Origin: Alphaproteobacteria bacterium
GTDB lineage: Bacteria; Pseudomonadota; Alphaproteobacteria; UBA6615
DNA length: 58,612 nt
Assembly: GCA_003230015.1 (NCBI GenBank)
Contig: QIGO01000199.1
Location: forward strand, 1-58,612
Direction of reading: 5' to 3'
Part shown: piece after piece, positions 17,245 through 26,580 of the stretch
How the letters are laid out: the number at the start of each line of letters is the position of its first letter
Position numbering within the stretch: position 1 is the stretch's first letter
Made by a program: the position numbers and the translations under genes
Notes under the pieces: model-generated
Told to the model about the DNA's origin: nothing
Seen by the model: only the letters and a program-made list of their open reading frames with translations
The model's database searches: none

Positions 17245-18655
17245 GTTTCCTGTGCCTCTTGTCGCCCTCGAAAAGGGCGCCGTCCAATCTCGGTACGTAT
17301 TTTCTGAACATCAATGCCAGAAAGCTCTCCACCGCATTGTTGCGGGCTAGGATACCGATTGTAAGAGCTAATCCAAGCAGTCCTAGCCAGTTGGCCGGGC
17401 TGAGGTCTGCCCAATAGAAGAGCGCTAGTGACACTGCTATAGTGATCGTAAGATTGAGACCTGCAAACATCAACCACCACGCTGTGTCGCCCTGACGGCC
17501 TTTCTTCCTACTTTTACGATTAGATTTTTTTCGAGCTCGGTTTTTAATCCATCTGGAGAATGAAAGAGTAATCACTACAATCACTAAGGAGCCTATTATC
17601 TGCAAGTTGGTTCGACCCACTGGTCCTATTTGTGATTTCTTGTAATTGCCTTTGTAGGTTACGAGGTTATCATAAGCCATAGCATGCTGATAGACTCCGG
17701 GAAGAAAACCATGCGTTGGCACTACGGCCGAATCTCCCGTGCCTGAGAGGCTGGTTCCCAAGAAAATTACTTTGTCCGAAACCAAGTTCGTCAGATCATC
17801 GTCGGGGTTAAAAAGTAATACGCTAACTGGAACCGTCGCGGTGTAGGGACAGGTTTGGATAAGTTTCTCTATGCCGATCAGTCCTTTGAAGATGCGAGAG
17901 AGCGAGATACCCTGGATCCGTTTACAACCTCCCTTCATCCATCTGTCATTGAGTTCCTGGAATTGGTTTGCCCAAACGATGTCCATCGGAACATTAGGTG
18001 GGTCATCATTTGCCCTGCTCCTGCTGTGGGAGGTGGGCTCGGGCGGTAGGTTTCGGTAAAGCCAAAATGCGGCTGTTTCGAGCCCGTCCAAATCGGACTT
18101 TGTTGGATAGGTGCGGGCAGACCCGTCCGGTGCCCTTGTAGAGACATCGACCAGTATCGGTTGTGCCTCATCTACCGGCGCCGCAAGATCACTGCGGATC
18201 CCGGCAGGTAAGGTTGGCGCGCGCGCGAAAAGAAGGGGAATACCAGAACTGGCGTACCTCGATATTTCGCCGCGGAGATCGGGAATACCCGGGCTGGAAC
18301 GTTCGTCCGCGAAGGTGATATCTAACATTACTGCTTTTGGCTTGAGTTGTCGGAGTTTGGCCAGAATAAGGGCATAAAGGGATGCATCAATCGGCCAGGT
18401 AACACCGGCCGCCGATAGGAATCGGTCGTCCAACAAAAGCACCGTTGAAGGTTGGCCAAAGGGATCGGCGGCGTTGCCCGGATAGGTGGGCCCGATCACA
18501 GTCCGATAGAGTATGTCTTGCGAGGCGACTTCGGTAATTCGGTTGATTCCGAACGGATCGATCACTACCAGGACGATACCTATAACCAGGTAAAACAGGT
18601 GGTGGTAATGCCACTTTAGTGACGGAGCGGAAGTGCCGCCCGTAGCTTTCCCCAT
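17234..18655 (-). CDS. CHASE2 domain membrane protein with no output domain
   Basis: TM1 (HHLFYLVIGIVLVVI) precedes a periplasmic domain with CHASE2 hallmarks: TVLLLDDRFL...WPIDASLYALILAKLRQLKPKAVMLDITFADE, and KVIFLGTSLSGTGDSAVVPTHGFLPGVYQHAMAYDNL. Three C-terminal TM helices follow, then the stop about 40 aa after the last one. Confidence 0.75.
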   Translation of the reverse strand: MGKATGGTSAPSLKWHYHHLFYLVIGIVLVVIDPFGINRITEVASQDILYRTVIGPTYPGNAADPFGQPSTVLLLDDRFLSAAGVTWPIDASLYALILAKLRQLKPKAVMLDITFADERSSPGIPDLRGEISRYASSGIPLLFARAPTLPAGIRSDLAAPVDEAQPILVDVSTRAPDGSARTYPTKSDLDGLETAAFWLYRNLPPEPTSHSRSRANDDPPNVPMDIVWANQFQELNDRWMKGGCKRIQGISLSRIFKGLIGIEKLIQTCPYTATVPVSVLLFNPDDDLTNLVSDKVIFLGTSLSGTGDSAVVPTHGFLPGVYQHAMAYDNLVTYKGNYKKSQIGPVGRTNLQIIGSLVIVVITLSFSRWIKNRARKKSNRKSRKKGRQGDTAWWLMFAGLNLTITIAVSLALFYWADLSPANWLGLLGLALTIGILARNNAVESFLALMFRKYVPRLDGALFEGDKRHRKHDE

Positions 18656-18714
18656 CTTGCCCCAACCTCGCCGACAATCGTCCTATGCGCTCAATAGTAG
18701 CTAGTGAGAACTAA

Positions 18715-18744
18715 AGGTTAACGGCAGACGAATAGCGATGTCAA
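18715..18744 (-). promoter_or_regulatory. Candidate sigma70-type promoter for the CHASE2 operon
   Basis: On the minus strand, TTGACA (18744-18739), an 18-nt spacer, then TAACCT (18720-18715). This is about 60 nt upstream of ATG 18655, which has a GAGG RBS. Confidence 0.3.
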
Positions 18745-19032
18745 ATGAAGGCGGGGAGCATGTTGTTCGAGCGGATCAGCAAAAATGAACTATCGCTGGC
18801 GGCCAGGCTAACGGTGTGCACGTGTCACACAATGAGACCCGAAAGATAGGGGCCGTAAATGAGCAAGTGGGCGTTTCGCGACAGCTGTGGGCAGCTTGGT
18901 GTATGTAGCAGCCAGAACCCGCCTATTTAAGCGCCAAGGCCTTGGCGCGGCGGTTATTGCAAGATCGCTCATCAAGAAGGGGGCGCTGACCAAGCGAAGG
19001 TGTGTTGAGCGACCCGGAGACACTTTGAAATT

Positions 19033-19109
19033 TGGTAGCGGAGGAGGGACTTGAACCCCCGACACGCGGATTATGATTCCGCTGCTCTAACCAGCTGAGC
19101 TACTCCGCC
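19033..19109 (-). tRNA. tRNA with CAU anticodon (elongator Met, or Ile2 if lysidine-modified)
   Basis: 77-nt cloverleaf folded by hand: GGCGGAG-TA-GCTC-AGCTGGTTA-GAGC-A-GCGGA-ATCATAA-TCCGC-GTGTC-GGGGG-TTCAAGT-CCCTC-CTCCGCT-A-CCA. The anticodon CAT is at 19073-19075 (complement). It lacks the initiator features (no three G-C pairs at the base of the anticodon stem). Confidence 0.9.
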
Positions 19110-19130
19110 GTATTGGGTAGGATTTGATCG

Positions 19131-19159
19131 ATATAGGGGGTGGCGCGGCGGGCTGTCAA
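19131..19159 (-). promoter_or_regulatory. Promoter of the tRNA gene
   Basis: On the minus strand, TTGACA (19159-19154), a 17-nt spacer, then CTATAT (19136-19131). The -10 element ends about 21 nt upstream of the mature tRNA 5' end. Confidence 0.5.
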
Positions 19160-19182
19160 GCGGGGCCTTGGACGGCGGTCAT

Positions 19183-19533
19183 TTAGTCGAATGTCATGAT
19201 GGGGCGGACCTCAACATAGCCGGTCTTGGCGGTGGGGATCTTTTCGGCCCAAGCCAGGGCTGATGCCATGTCGGGACAATCGAGCAGGTAATAACCGCCT
19301 AGCTGCTCCTTGGTTTCGGCAAAGGGGCCATCGGTTACCATTGGCGCGCCCTCGCGGACCCGCATGGTCTTGCCCGCGGCGACGGGTTGCAGCGCGTGGC
19401 CACCGCGCATGACGCCAGCGTCCATTACCGATTGGCCGAAGGCCTGGTAGGCCGCCATCAACGCCGTCTGGTCGTTCTCACTCCAGTCTTGGCGGTCACT
19501 CTCGGCCTCATGGATAAGCAGCAGAAATTCCAT
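19183..19533 (-). CDS. YciI family protein
   Basis: 116 aa with the DGPF(A)ETKE motif and GGYYLLDCPDM, characteristic of YCII-related proteins. Confidence 0.85.
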   Translation of the reverse strand: MEFLLLIHEAESDRQDWSENDQTALMAAYQAFGQSVMDAGVMRGGHALQPVAAGKTMRVREGAPMVTDGPFAETKEQLGGYYLLDCPDMASALAWAEKIPTAKTGYVEVRPIMTFD

Positions 19534-19666
19534 GGTGTGCTCCAGTTAGACGTATGGGACAGATTGGCATGACCCGAAAGCGCCAACAATCCTGCGGGGC
19601 AAAAAAATTGGCGCCCTATTTCGAGGGCGCCAAGGAGGGAGGGTAGGAGAGAGAGGGAGAGAGATG

Positions 19667-20407
19667 CTATCGGCGGGTGATCCGGCGGCTGCCGGCGTCA
19701 ACGCGCAAATCGAGTGGCGCGCCTTGCCAATTGGCTGAGAGGGTGTAGATGCGACCGTCCTGTCGGACATCGCCTATCTGGGTATAGCCGAGTGCCGCAA
19801 GAGCGCGGCGGATGTCTTGGATCGAGGCTTCGTGGGCGGCGCCGGCAAAAACGATGCGGCTGGGGAAACCCTCGGCCGGCCGGGTGTCGGCGGCAGACCG
19901 GTCGGTGATGGTGCCGTTGGATGCGTCGTAGCGGAGGTCGAAAGTCTGGCCTTTCCAGCTTGCCGTGGTTGTAAAGACGGCACCGGAACGCTGGAGATTG
20001 GATATGGCCGAAAAACCTAGGCCTTGGAGACCTGAGACGACTTGTGGGACCGTTATGTTATCGGGGTCGCCGACAAGGGACAGGCTCGATGGCAGGCTAT
20101 CGCCGCTCGCGGGCCGCGGATCGACGATTTGGCTGATCGTCCGGGTGCGGGCATTGACTTTCAAATCGACCGTCTTGCCCTCCCATAGCGCGGATAATTC
20201 GAATATGCGGCCGTCGCGGGAAATGGTGCCGAGGTCGGTAAATCCACTGGCGCGAAGCTGCTGGCGTACCTGATTGACGGTTACGTTGTGGCCGTCATCG
20301 AAAAGGTTGATGGTTGACGGCACTGGGGCGCCAAATGAAGCCGCCGGGGCACCAATCACAACTGCGGTCATGGCGAAAGCCGCTAGCGTGAATTTTGAGT
20401 GTGCCAT
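19667..20407 (-). CDS. Secreted protein made of three tandem PepSY-like repeats
   Basis: Signal peptide MAHSKFTLAAFAMTAVVIGAPAASFGA. Three ~70-aa repeats each end in a pattern like DGRI(F/Y)(E/T)LSA.W.G...DL(K/R)V(N/D)A..R.I. The PepSY call is by pattern only. Confidence 0.6.
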   Translation of the reverse strand: MAHSKFTLAAFAMTAVVIGAPAASFGAPVPSTINLFDDGHNVTVNQVRQQLRASGFTDLGTISRDGRIFELSALWEGKTVDLKVNARTRTISQIVDPRPASGDSLPSSLSLVGDPDNITVPQVVSGLQGLGFSAISNLQRSGAVFTTTASWKGQTFDLRYDASNGTITDRSAADTRPAEGFPSRIVFAGAAHEASIQDIRRALAALGYTQIGDVRQDGRIYTLSANWQGAPLDLRVDAGSRRITRR

Positions 20408-20527
20408 GTTGTGTCCTCCAATGAGTGGCCCGTTTCCCCGAGTGCAGGCACTGCTCGGGCACTATGGCGGTACAAAGGACAGGCGCCTGTGGCGACCGTC
20501 ACAGTTCACCAAGACGTGACGGGGCGA

Positions 20528-21634
20528 TCAGGCTCTCGATATGGTGCCGCCACCGACAAGGCGCGTATCGCGGTAGAAAACCGCCGCCTGCCCCGGCGCT
20601 ACGCCGAATTGCGGGGCGTGAAGTTCCACCGACGCGGTAGCGTCGGGGAGTGCTGTCACCATGGCGGGCAACGGCGCCTGGGCCGAACGCAGCCGGACCT
20701 CGACCTCCATGGCCGTACCGGGGGCGACAGCGTCCAGCCAATTGACCTCGGCCACCGGTACCCGCTGGGTGGCGAGGGCCGATCTGGGGCCGACTTCCAC
20801 CCGGGCGCTCTCCGGGTCGAGCCGGGTCACAAAAAGCGGACCATCGGTGCGGCCGGCAATGCCGAGGCCACGGCGCTGGCCGATGGTGAAGTGAATAATG
20901 CCCCGGTGGGTGCCCAGAATAGTGCCATCGACATGGATAATCTCGCCGGGTATAGCGGCCTGGGGCCGCAGTTTGGCGACAATGGCAGCATAGTCGCCAT
21001 CGGGCACGAAGCAGATGTCCTGACTGTCGGGCTTGTCGGCGATGGCGAGGCCGAAACGGCGGGCCAGGCCGCGGACTTCGGCCTTGGGCATGGCGCCCAG
21101 AGGAAAACGCAAGAGGTCTAGTTGGGCCGGCGTCGTGGTGTAGAGAAAATAGCTCTGGTCGCGGCTGCCGTCGTGGGCGCGGTGAAGTTCGGGGCCGGCG
21201 GGGCCGACCACGCGGCGGACATAGTGGCCGGTGGCCAGGGCGTCGGCGCCGAGGTCCCGGGCACGGCGCAGGAGGTCGCGGAATTTAACCGTGCGGTTGC
21301 AGGTGACGCAGGGAATGGGGGTCTCGCCACGGGCATAGGAATCGGCGAAATCCTGCATCACCTCGGCGCGGAAGCGGTCCGCGTAGTCGAGCACATAATG
21401 GGGCATATCGAGCCTGTCGGCGACCCGTTTGGCGTCATAAACATCCTGGCCGGCGCAGCAGGCACCGGGGCGGTCGATGGCGGCGCCATGGTCGTAGAGC
21501 TGAAGCGTGACGCCGATGACCTCGTAGCCCTGCTGGTGAAGCAGTGCCGCCGTCACAGAGCTGTCGACGCCGCCGGACATGGCGACGACGACGCGGGTGT
21601 CGGCCGGTGCTTTGGCGATACCGAGGCTGTTCAT
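20528..21634 (-). CDS. mnmA: tRNA 2-thiouridine(34) synthase
   Basis: PP-loop [13 protein letters not shown], conserved TPIPCVTCN and DQSYFL motifs, full length. Confidence 0.92.
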   Translation of the reverse strand: MNSLGIAKAPADTRVVVAMSGGVDSSVTAALLHQQGYEVIGVTLQLYDHGAAIDRPGACCAGQDVYDAKRVADRLDMPHYVLDYADRFRAEVMQDFADSYARGETPIPCVTCNRTVKFRDLLRRARDLGADALATGHYVRRVVGPAGPELHRAHDGSRDQSYFLYTTTPAQLDLLRFPLGAMPKAEVRGLARRFGLAIADKPDSQDICFVPDGDYAAIVAKLRPQAAIPGEIIHVDGTILGTHRGIIHFTIGQRRGLGIAGRTDGPLFVTRLDPESARVEVGPRSALATQRVPVAEVNWLDAVAPGTAMEVEVRLRSAQAPLPAMVTALPDATASVELHAPQFGVAPGQAAVFYRDTRLVGGGTISRA

Positions 21635-21690
21635 GGCCGAGAATATAGGCTGACCAACCCGGCCGGCAAAGGGCGGAGCCGCAATGAGCC

Positions 21691-22767
21691 CTATTGGGAC
21701 AGCCGCGCGCCCGATACCGCGTCGAAGAAATGGGCCCGGGCGGCGGCAAAACTCAGATGGATGCGGTCGCCAAGCTTGACCGGCGCATCATGGGGAAGAC
21801 GGGCGATGACATGGTCCTGGCCGACCTGGCCATAAACAAGGGTGTCGGCGCCCAAGGCCTCCAGCAAGTCCACATTCATGGCTATGGCGCCGGCCGGCGA
21901 GGCGGCCAGCGAGAGATGCTCCGGACGCACACCGAGGACCAACTCGCGCCCGGACATGGTCGAAACGACGCCGTCGGCAACCGCGACAGATGAACCGTCA
22001 TGGAGCCGGAACGCGGTGCCGTCGGCGGCGATCTGGCCGGTGACAAAATTCATCGGCGGCGACCCGATAAAACCAGCGACAAAGGTCGTGGCCGGACGCT
22101 CATAGACCTCCATTGGCGTGCCGATTTGTTCAGCGTTACCGTCATGCATGACGATCAGGCGGTCGGCCAAGGTCATGGCTTCGACCTGATCGTGGGTAAC
22201 GTAGACACTGGTGGTGCTCAGATCGTTGTGCAGGCGGCGAATTTCGATGCGCATTTGAACACGCAGCTTGGCGTCCAAATTGGACAAGGGCTCATCGAAT
22301 AGAAACACCGCCGGCTCGCGGACGATGGCGCGGCCCATGGCGACGCGCTGGCGCTGACCGCCGGAGAGCTGGCCGGGCCGGCGGTCGAGATAGTCGCCGA
22401 GCTGGAGGATGCGCGCGGCCTCTTTTACGCGCCGGTCGATCTCGTCCTTGGGCAGCTTGGCGATGCGCAAGCCGTAGGACATGTTGGCGTAGACCGACAT
22501 GTGGGGGTAGAGGGCATAATTCTGGAAAACCATGGCGATGTTGCGGTCCTTGGGCTCGCGGTCGTTCATGACCTCGCCGCCGATGGAGATTTCGCCGGCG
22601 GTGATGCGCTCCAAGCCGGCGATCATGCGCAACAGGGTCGATTTGCCACAGCCCGAAGGACCGACAATGACGGCGAATTCGCCATGGGCGATGTCGCAAT
22701 TCAGGCCGTGAATAATCTCTAACTTGCCGTAGGATTTCCGGGCATCCCGAATCGTCACTTCAGCCAT
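21691..22767 (-). CDS. ugpC: sn-glycerol-3-phosphate ABC transporter ATP-binding protein
   Basis: Walker [27 protein letters not shown]. Last gene of the ugpBAEC-order operon. Confidence 0.85.
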   Translation of the reverse strand: MAEVTIRDARKSYGKLEIIHGLNCDIAHGEFAVIVGPSGCGKSTLLRMIAGLERITAGEISIGGEVMNDREPKDRNIAMVFQNYALYPHMSVYANMSYGLRIAKLPKDEIDRRVKEAARILQLGDYLDRRPGQLSGGQRQRVAMGRAIVREPAVFLFDEPLSNLDAKLRVQMRIEIRRLHNDLSTTSVYVTHDQVEAMTLADRLIVMHDGNAEQIGTPMEVYERPATTFVAGFIGSPPMNFVTGQIAADGTAFRLHDGSSVAVADGVVSTMSGRELVLGVRPEHLSLAASPAGAIAMNVDLLEALGADTLVYGQVGQDHVIARLPHDAPVKLGDRIHLSFAAARAHFFDAVSGARLSQ

Positions 22768-22778
22768 GGACTGCGCCC

Positions 22779-23645
22779 CTATTTCTCATGCTCTATAAGG
22801 CCCTTGACGAACCATTTCTGCATTAGCACCACGACCAAAACCGGCACCAGCATGGCCATCATGGTGGTGGCCATGACGAGCGGCCAGTCTACCTGATCAT
22901 CGACGGCCCTGAGCAGGCGGTTGACGGCGATGATAATCGTATCGAAGGCGGGATCGGTGGTGATCAGCAGCGGCCAAAGGAACTGGTTCCAACCGAAGAT
23001 GAAAAGGATGACGAAGAGGGCGGCAATGTTGGTTTTGGAGAGGGGCAAAACCATGTCGAAAAAGAAACGGATGGGGCCGGCGCCATCGACCCGGGCGGCC
23101 TCGATCAACTCGTCGGGGATGGTCAGGAAGAATTGCCGGAAAAAGAAAGTCGCGGTGGCAGACGCGATCAGTGGCAAGATCAGGCCGGTATAACTGTTGA
23201 GCAATCCAAGGGCGGCGGCGATCTCAAAAGTCGGCACGATCCGTACTTCGACCGGCAGCATCAAGGTGATAAAAATGAGCCAGAAGAAGAGCATGCGAAA
23301 CGGAAAGCGGAAAAAAACGATGGCGTAGGCGGAAATGATCGAGATGGCGATCTTACCGATGGAAATGCCCAAGGCCATGATCATGGTGTTGAGCAACAGG
23401 CGCCAGACGGGCGTCCCGCCACCGCCGGCGCGGGCGCCCTTGGTCAGGGCGGTGGTGTAGTTTTCCAATAGCTGGCTGCCCGGCACCAGGGTCATGGGGG
23501 CCTGAAGCACTTCGGGAAGGGTCAGGGACGAGGCGACAAAGACCACATAGATGGGGAAAGCCAGGACAATGATGCTGACGATCAGAATGGCGTGAGAGAA
23601 GATGGTTAGAAGGCGATCATCAGTAGGTGACCCTCTTCTCGACAT
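22779..23645 (-). CDS. ugpE: sn-glycerol-3-phosphate ABC transporter permease
   Basis: Permease with EAA loop [22 protein letters not shown]. Overlaps ugpA by 26 nt. Confidence 0.85.
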   Translation of the reverse strand: MSRRGSPTDDRLLTIFSHAILIVSIIVLAFPIYVVFVASSLTLPEVLQAPMTLVPGSQLLENYTTALTKGARAGGGGTPVWRLLLNTMIMALGISIGKIAISIISAYAIVFFRFPFRMLFFWLIFITLMLPVEVRIVPTFEIAAALGLLNSYTGLILPLIASATATFFFRQFFLTIPDELIEAARVDGAGPIRFFFDMVLPLSKTNIAALFVILFIFGWNQFLWPLLITTDPAFDTIIIAVNRLLRAVDDQVDWPLVMATTMMAMLVPVLVVVLMQKWFVKGLIEHEK

Positions 23646-24501
23646 AGCGGAACTGGGCCACGGTGAGGACGATGACGATGCCCATGAGGATTACCGACTG
23701 GGCGGCGGAACTGCCCAGGTCGAGGCCGATGAAACCGTCTCTAAAGACCTTGTAGACAAGAATGTTGGTGGCGCCGGCCGGGCCGCCTTGGGTGACGGCA
23801 TCGATGACACCAAAGGTCTCGAAAAAAGCGAAAATCATGTTGATCACTAACAGGAAGAAAGTGATCGGCATTAATAATGGGAAGATGATGGTCCAGAAGC
23901 GGTAAGTGGGCCCGGCGCCGTCAATGGCGGCGGCCTCGATCAACGAGCGGGGCATCGCCTGCATGCCGGCCAGGAAAAAAAGGAAATTGTAGCTGATCTG
24001 CTTCCAGGCCGAGGCGCCGATAACCAACATCATGGCCTGGTTGCCGTTAAGCAGGTAATTCCAGTCGACGCCGAGGGCAACGAGGGCTGAACTCAAAACC
24101 CCGACGCGTGGGTTGAACATGAACAAAAATAGGACGCCGGCAATGGCCGGGGCGACCGCATAGGGCCAAATCAGTAAGGTCCGATAAATCATCCGACCGG
24201 AAATTACGGCGTCGGCCTTGGCGGCGAGAAATAAGGCAATGGTCAGCGCCAAACCAGCGACCGAGAACGAGAAGATCGCCGTCGTTAGGATGGATCGCGC
24301 GTAGAGCGGATCGGAGAGGACAAAAGCGAAATTTTCGAAATAAACGAATTCGCTGGAGAGCCCAAAAGGGTCTTCTATGAGAGTCGATTGCAGCAGTGCC
24401 TGGCCAGCGGGCCAAACGAAAAAAACAAGGGTGATGGCGATCTGCGGGGCTAACAGGAAATAGGGCAGCACCCGATGGTTAAAGGTAACCCGCCTGTCCA
24501 C
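23620..24501 (-). CDS. ugpA: sn-glycerol-3-phosphate ABC transporter permease
   Basis: Permease with EAA loop [25 protein letters not shown] start at 24499-24501. Confidence 0.85.
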   Translation of the reverse strand: MDRRVTFNHRVLPYFLLAPQIAITLVFFVWPAGQALLQSTLIEDPFGLSSEFVYFENFAFVLSDPLYARSILTTAIFSFSVAGLALTIALFLAAKADAVISGRMIYRTLLIWPYAVAPAIAGVLFLFMFNPRVGVLSSALVALGVDWNYLLNGNQAMMLVIGASAWKQISYNFLFFLAGMQAMPRSLIEAAAIDGAGPTYRFWTIIFPLLMPITFFLLVINMIFAFFETFGVIDAVTQGGPAGATNILVYKVFRDGFIGLDLGSSAAQSVILMGIVIVLTVAQFRYVEKRVTY

Positions 24502-24535
24502 GCTGTTCCCCCTACAGCCCTTTCAAACCAGCAGA

Positions 24536-24565
24536 GCGCGGGCCGCCGCTAAAAACGGCCCGCGC
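24536..24565 (-). terminator. Intercistronic hairpin between ugpB and ugpA
   Basis: GCGCGGGCCG (24536-24545) pairs with CGGCCCGCGC (24556-24565) around a 10-nt loop. It lies 23 nt after the ugpB stop on the minus strand. Confidence 0.4.
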
Positions 24566-24588
24566 CTGTATCCTGCCGGGTCAACCTG

Positions 24589-25914
24589 CTATTGGTTGGC
24601 CCGCTCAAAACGACGCAACAGAACGTTGCCACGCTCTACGGCCGTATCCAGGCCTTCCTGGGCAGTCTTGTCACCAGCAAAGATGGCCTCCATCTCTTCT
24701 TCGATGACGTCGCGAATCTGCACGAAACTACCGAGGCGCAAACCCTTGGAGTTGCCCGAGGGCTCCCCAGACAGCATCTGGAAAATCGAAACATCGGCGC
24801 CCGGGTTGCGGCCGTAGTAGCCGGAAATCTGCGACACCGTGAACGCGGCCGGGGTTATGGGCAGATAGCCCGAGGCCTGGTGCCAAGCCGCCTGGAGGCC
24901 GGACGAAGAAAGGAATTCAAAGAAATCCGCCGTGCCGGCATAGACTTCCGGGTCGAGGCCCTGCAGCACCCACAGGCTGGCGCCGCCGATGATGGTGTTC
25001 TTGGGCTCAGCGATCACGTCGGGCCAATAGGGTAGCTGGGCGACACCAAAGTCGAAACTTGCGTTGGCGCGGACGCCACCGAGGCCAGCAGAGGATTCAG
25101 TAAACAAGGCGCATTCGCCGCCGCTAAACAGCGGGGCGGAAACGTTGCGGCGGCCGCCATATTTGAAGACGCCGTTTTCCTGCCAATCGGCCAACTGCTG
25201 GATGTGCTTGACCTGGGCCGGGCCGTTGAAGGTCAACTGAGTGTCGAGGCCGCCGAAACCATTATTCTTGTCGGCGAATGGCACATCTTGCCGGGCCGAG
25301 AAATTCTCAAGCTGGACCCAGGAAGGCCATGCGGTGGTAAGACCGCAGGTGGCAGCGCCGGAGTCGATGACCTTGGTCATCATCTCGCCGACTTCCGGCC
25401 AGGTCTTGGGCGGTGTTTCGGGGTCGAGACCGGCGGCGCGGAAAATATCCTTGTTGTAGTAGAGCACCGGTGTGGAGCTGTTGAACGGGAAGGACAGCAT
25501 CTGGCCGTCACTGTTGGTGTAATAACCGGTTACGGCGGCCAGGAAGTCCTTGGGATCGAATGATTTGCCATTCTCCTCCATAAGCTCAAAAACGGGCTTG
25601 ATGGCACCCTCGGCTGACATCATGGTCAAGGTGCCGACCTCGAAAACCTGTACGATCGCCGGCTGTTCACCAGCCCGGAATGCCGCGATCGCAGCGTTCA
25701 TGGTCTCGGCATAAGTACCGCGATTGATTGCCACGACTTCGTATTTGTCCTGGGTTTCATTGAAGGCCTTGGCGATCGCGTCTATGCGCTCGCCATTGGC
25801 GCCGCCCATGGCATGCCACCAATCGATGGTGACACGGTCCTGCGCAGCCAATGCCGAACCCGCGCCAAACGCGAACAGCGCGGCGGCCGCGACCATTGTC
25901 TTGCGAATATGCAT
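24589..25914 (-). CDS. ugpB: sn-glycerol-3-phosphate-binding periplasmic protein
   Basis: Strong similarity to E. coli UgpB as I remember it (WWHAMGG, AAFRAGEQPAIVQVFEVGT, FNSSTPVLYYNKD.F..AGLDPE.PPKTW). ATG at 25912-25914 (MHIRKTMVAAAALFAFGAGSALA) with a GGGAGGA RBS. The 84-codon upstream extension is rejected. Confidence 0.88.
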   Translation of the reverse strand: MHIRKTMVAAAALFAFGAGSALAAQDRVTIDWWHAMGGANGERIDAIAKAFNETQDKYEVVAINRGTYAETMNAAIAAFRAGEQPAIVQVFEVGTLTMMSAEGAIKPVFELMEENGKSFDPKDFLAAVTGYYTNSDGQMLSFPFNSSTPVLYYNKDIFRAAGLDPETPPKTWPEVGEMMTKVIDSGAATCGLTTAWPSWVQLENFSARQDVPFADKNNGFGGLDTQLTFNGPAQVKHIQQLADWQENGVFKYGGRRNVSAPLFSGGECALFTESSAGLGGVRANASFDFGVAQLPYWPDVIAEPKNTIIGGASLWVLQGLDPEVYAGTADFFEFLSSSGLQAAWHQASGYLPITPAAFTVSQISGYYGRNPGADVSIFQMLSGEPSGNSKGLRLGSFVQIRDVIEEEMEAIFAGDKTAQEGLDTAVERGNVLLRRFERANQ

Positions 25915-26226
25915 GAAGATTTCCTCCCAATTGTGCAAGTGCCGTATTAGTCCGCCGGCCGCGATACGCGCCCGGCAGAGATTACCGCAGATAAGCAGTG
26001 TGAGGCGGCGGTCGCAAGGTTCGCAAGGAAAATTATACGAAACAAATCGCAATTCGGCGAAACCCACGATGGTGAACCGGTCGACCGCAGCCAACGCGCT
26101 GCCTTGCCACCGCCACTGGATCGTGCGGCTTGGGGTGATCTGCCGCATCGCCCCACGATAGGTCAAAGGAAATCGCCGCGAACAGTATGGCTATCAAGAG
26201 ATTGTGACGGGCCGGCTGGCCGGTGC

Positions 26227-26556
26227 CTACAGCATCATGTTGTTGACGCCCTTGGGCAGGCGCACGTTCAGGCCGTCGAGTTTCTCGGTCATGATAATCT
26301 GGCAGCCAAGACGAGAGGTTCGCGTCAAGCCGAAAGCGAGATCGAGCATGTCTTCCTCATCCTCATCGGGTTCTTCCAGCCGCATTATCCAAGCCGGATC
26401 GATGATGACATGGCAGGTGGAACAGGCCAGAGAACCTTCGCACGCGCCTTCGATATCGATGTCGTGCATATGGGCGATTTCGAGCAGCGACAGGCCGACG
26501 GGGGCATTTACCGCGCGCTCAGTGCCGTCCGTTTCTACAAATATAACCTGCGGCAT
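26227..26556 (-). CDS. 2Fe-2S ferredoxin (adrenodoxin/Fdx type)
   Basis: Cys ligand pattern [14 protein letters not shown]...LGCQ. ATG at 26554-26556 ([11 protein letters not shown]). Confidence 0.85.
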   Translation of the reverse strand: MPQVIFVETDGTERAVNAPVGLSLLEIAHMHDIDIEGACEGSLACSTCHVIIDPAWIMRLEEPDEDEEDMLDLAFGLTRTSRLGCQIIMTEKLDGLNVRLPKGVNNMML

Positions 26557-26580
26557 CAACAGCCTCTCCGAAACAGGCCG

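Noticed and set aside
14983-19032. Integrase, transposase or att direct repeat delimiting the low-GC module
   Set aside because: I read all frames of 18656-19032 and 14983-15238 and found no integrase-like fragment or copy of the tRNA 3' end. Mobility therefore cannot be asserted, only compositional atypicality.
18808-19065. 85-aa ORF
   Set aside because: It overlaps the 3' part of the tRNA gene on the same strand, and it has no RBS or homology.
20399-21121. 240-aa plus-strand ORF
   Set aside because: It is antisense to mnmA and to the end of the PepSY-like gene. It is Arg/Gly-rich with no motifs.
25915-26166. 84-codon N-terminal extension of ugpB, and a possible Pho box upstream
   Set aside because: The extension precedes a clear RBS, ATG and signal peptide at 25914. 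I looked for direct CTGTCA-type repeats with 11-bp periodicity upstream and found nothing convincing. The only feature is an isolated TATAAT (26037-26032, minus strand) without a matching -35.
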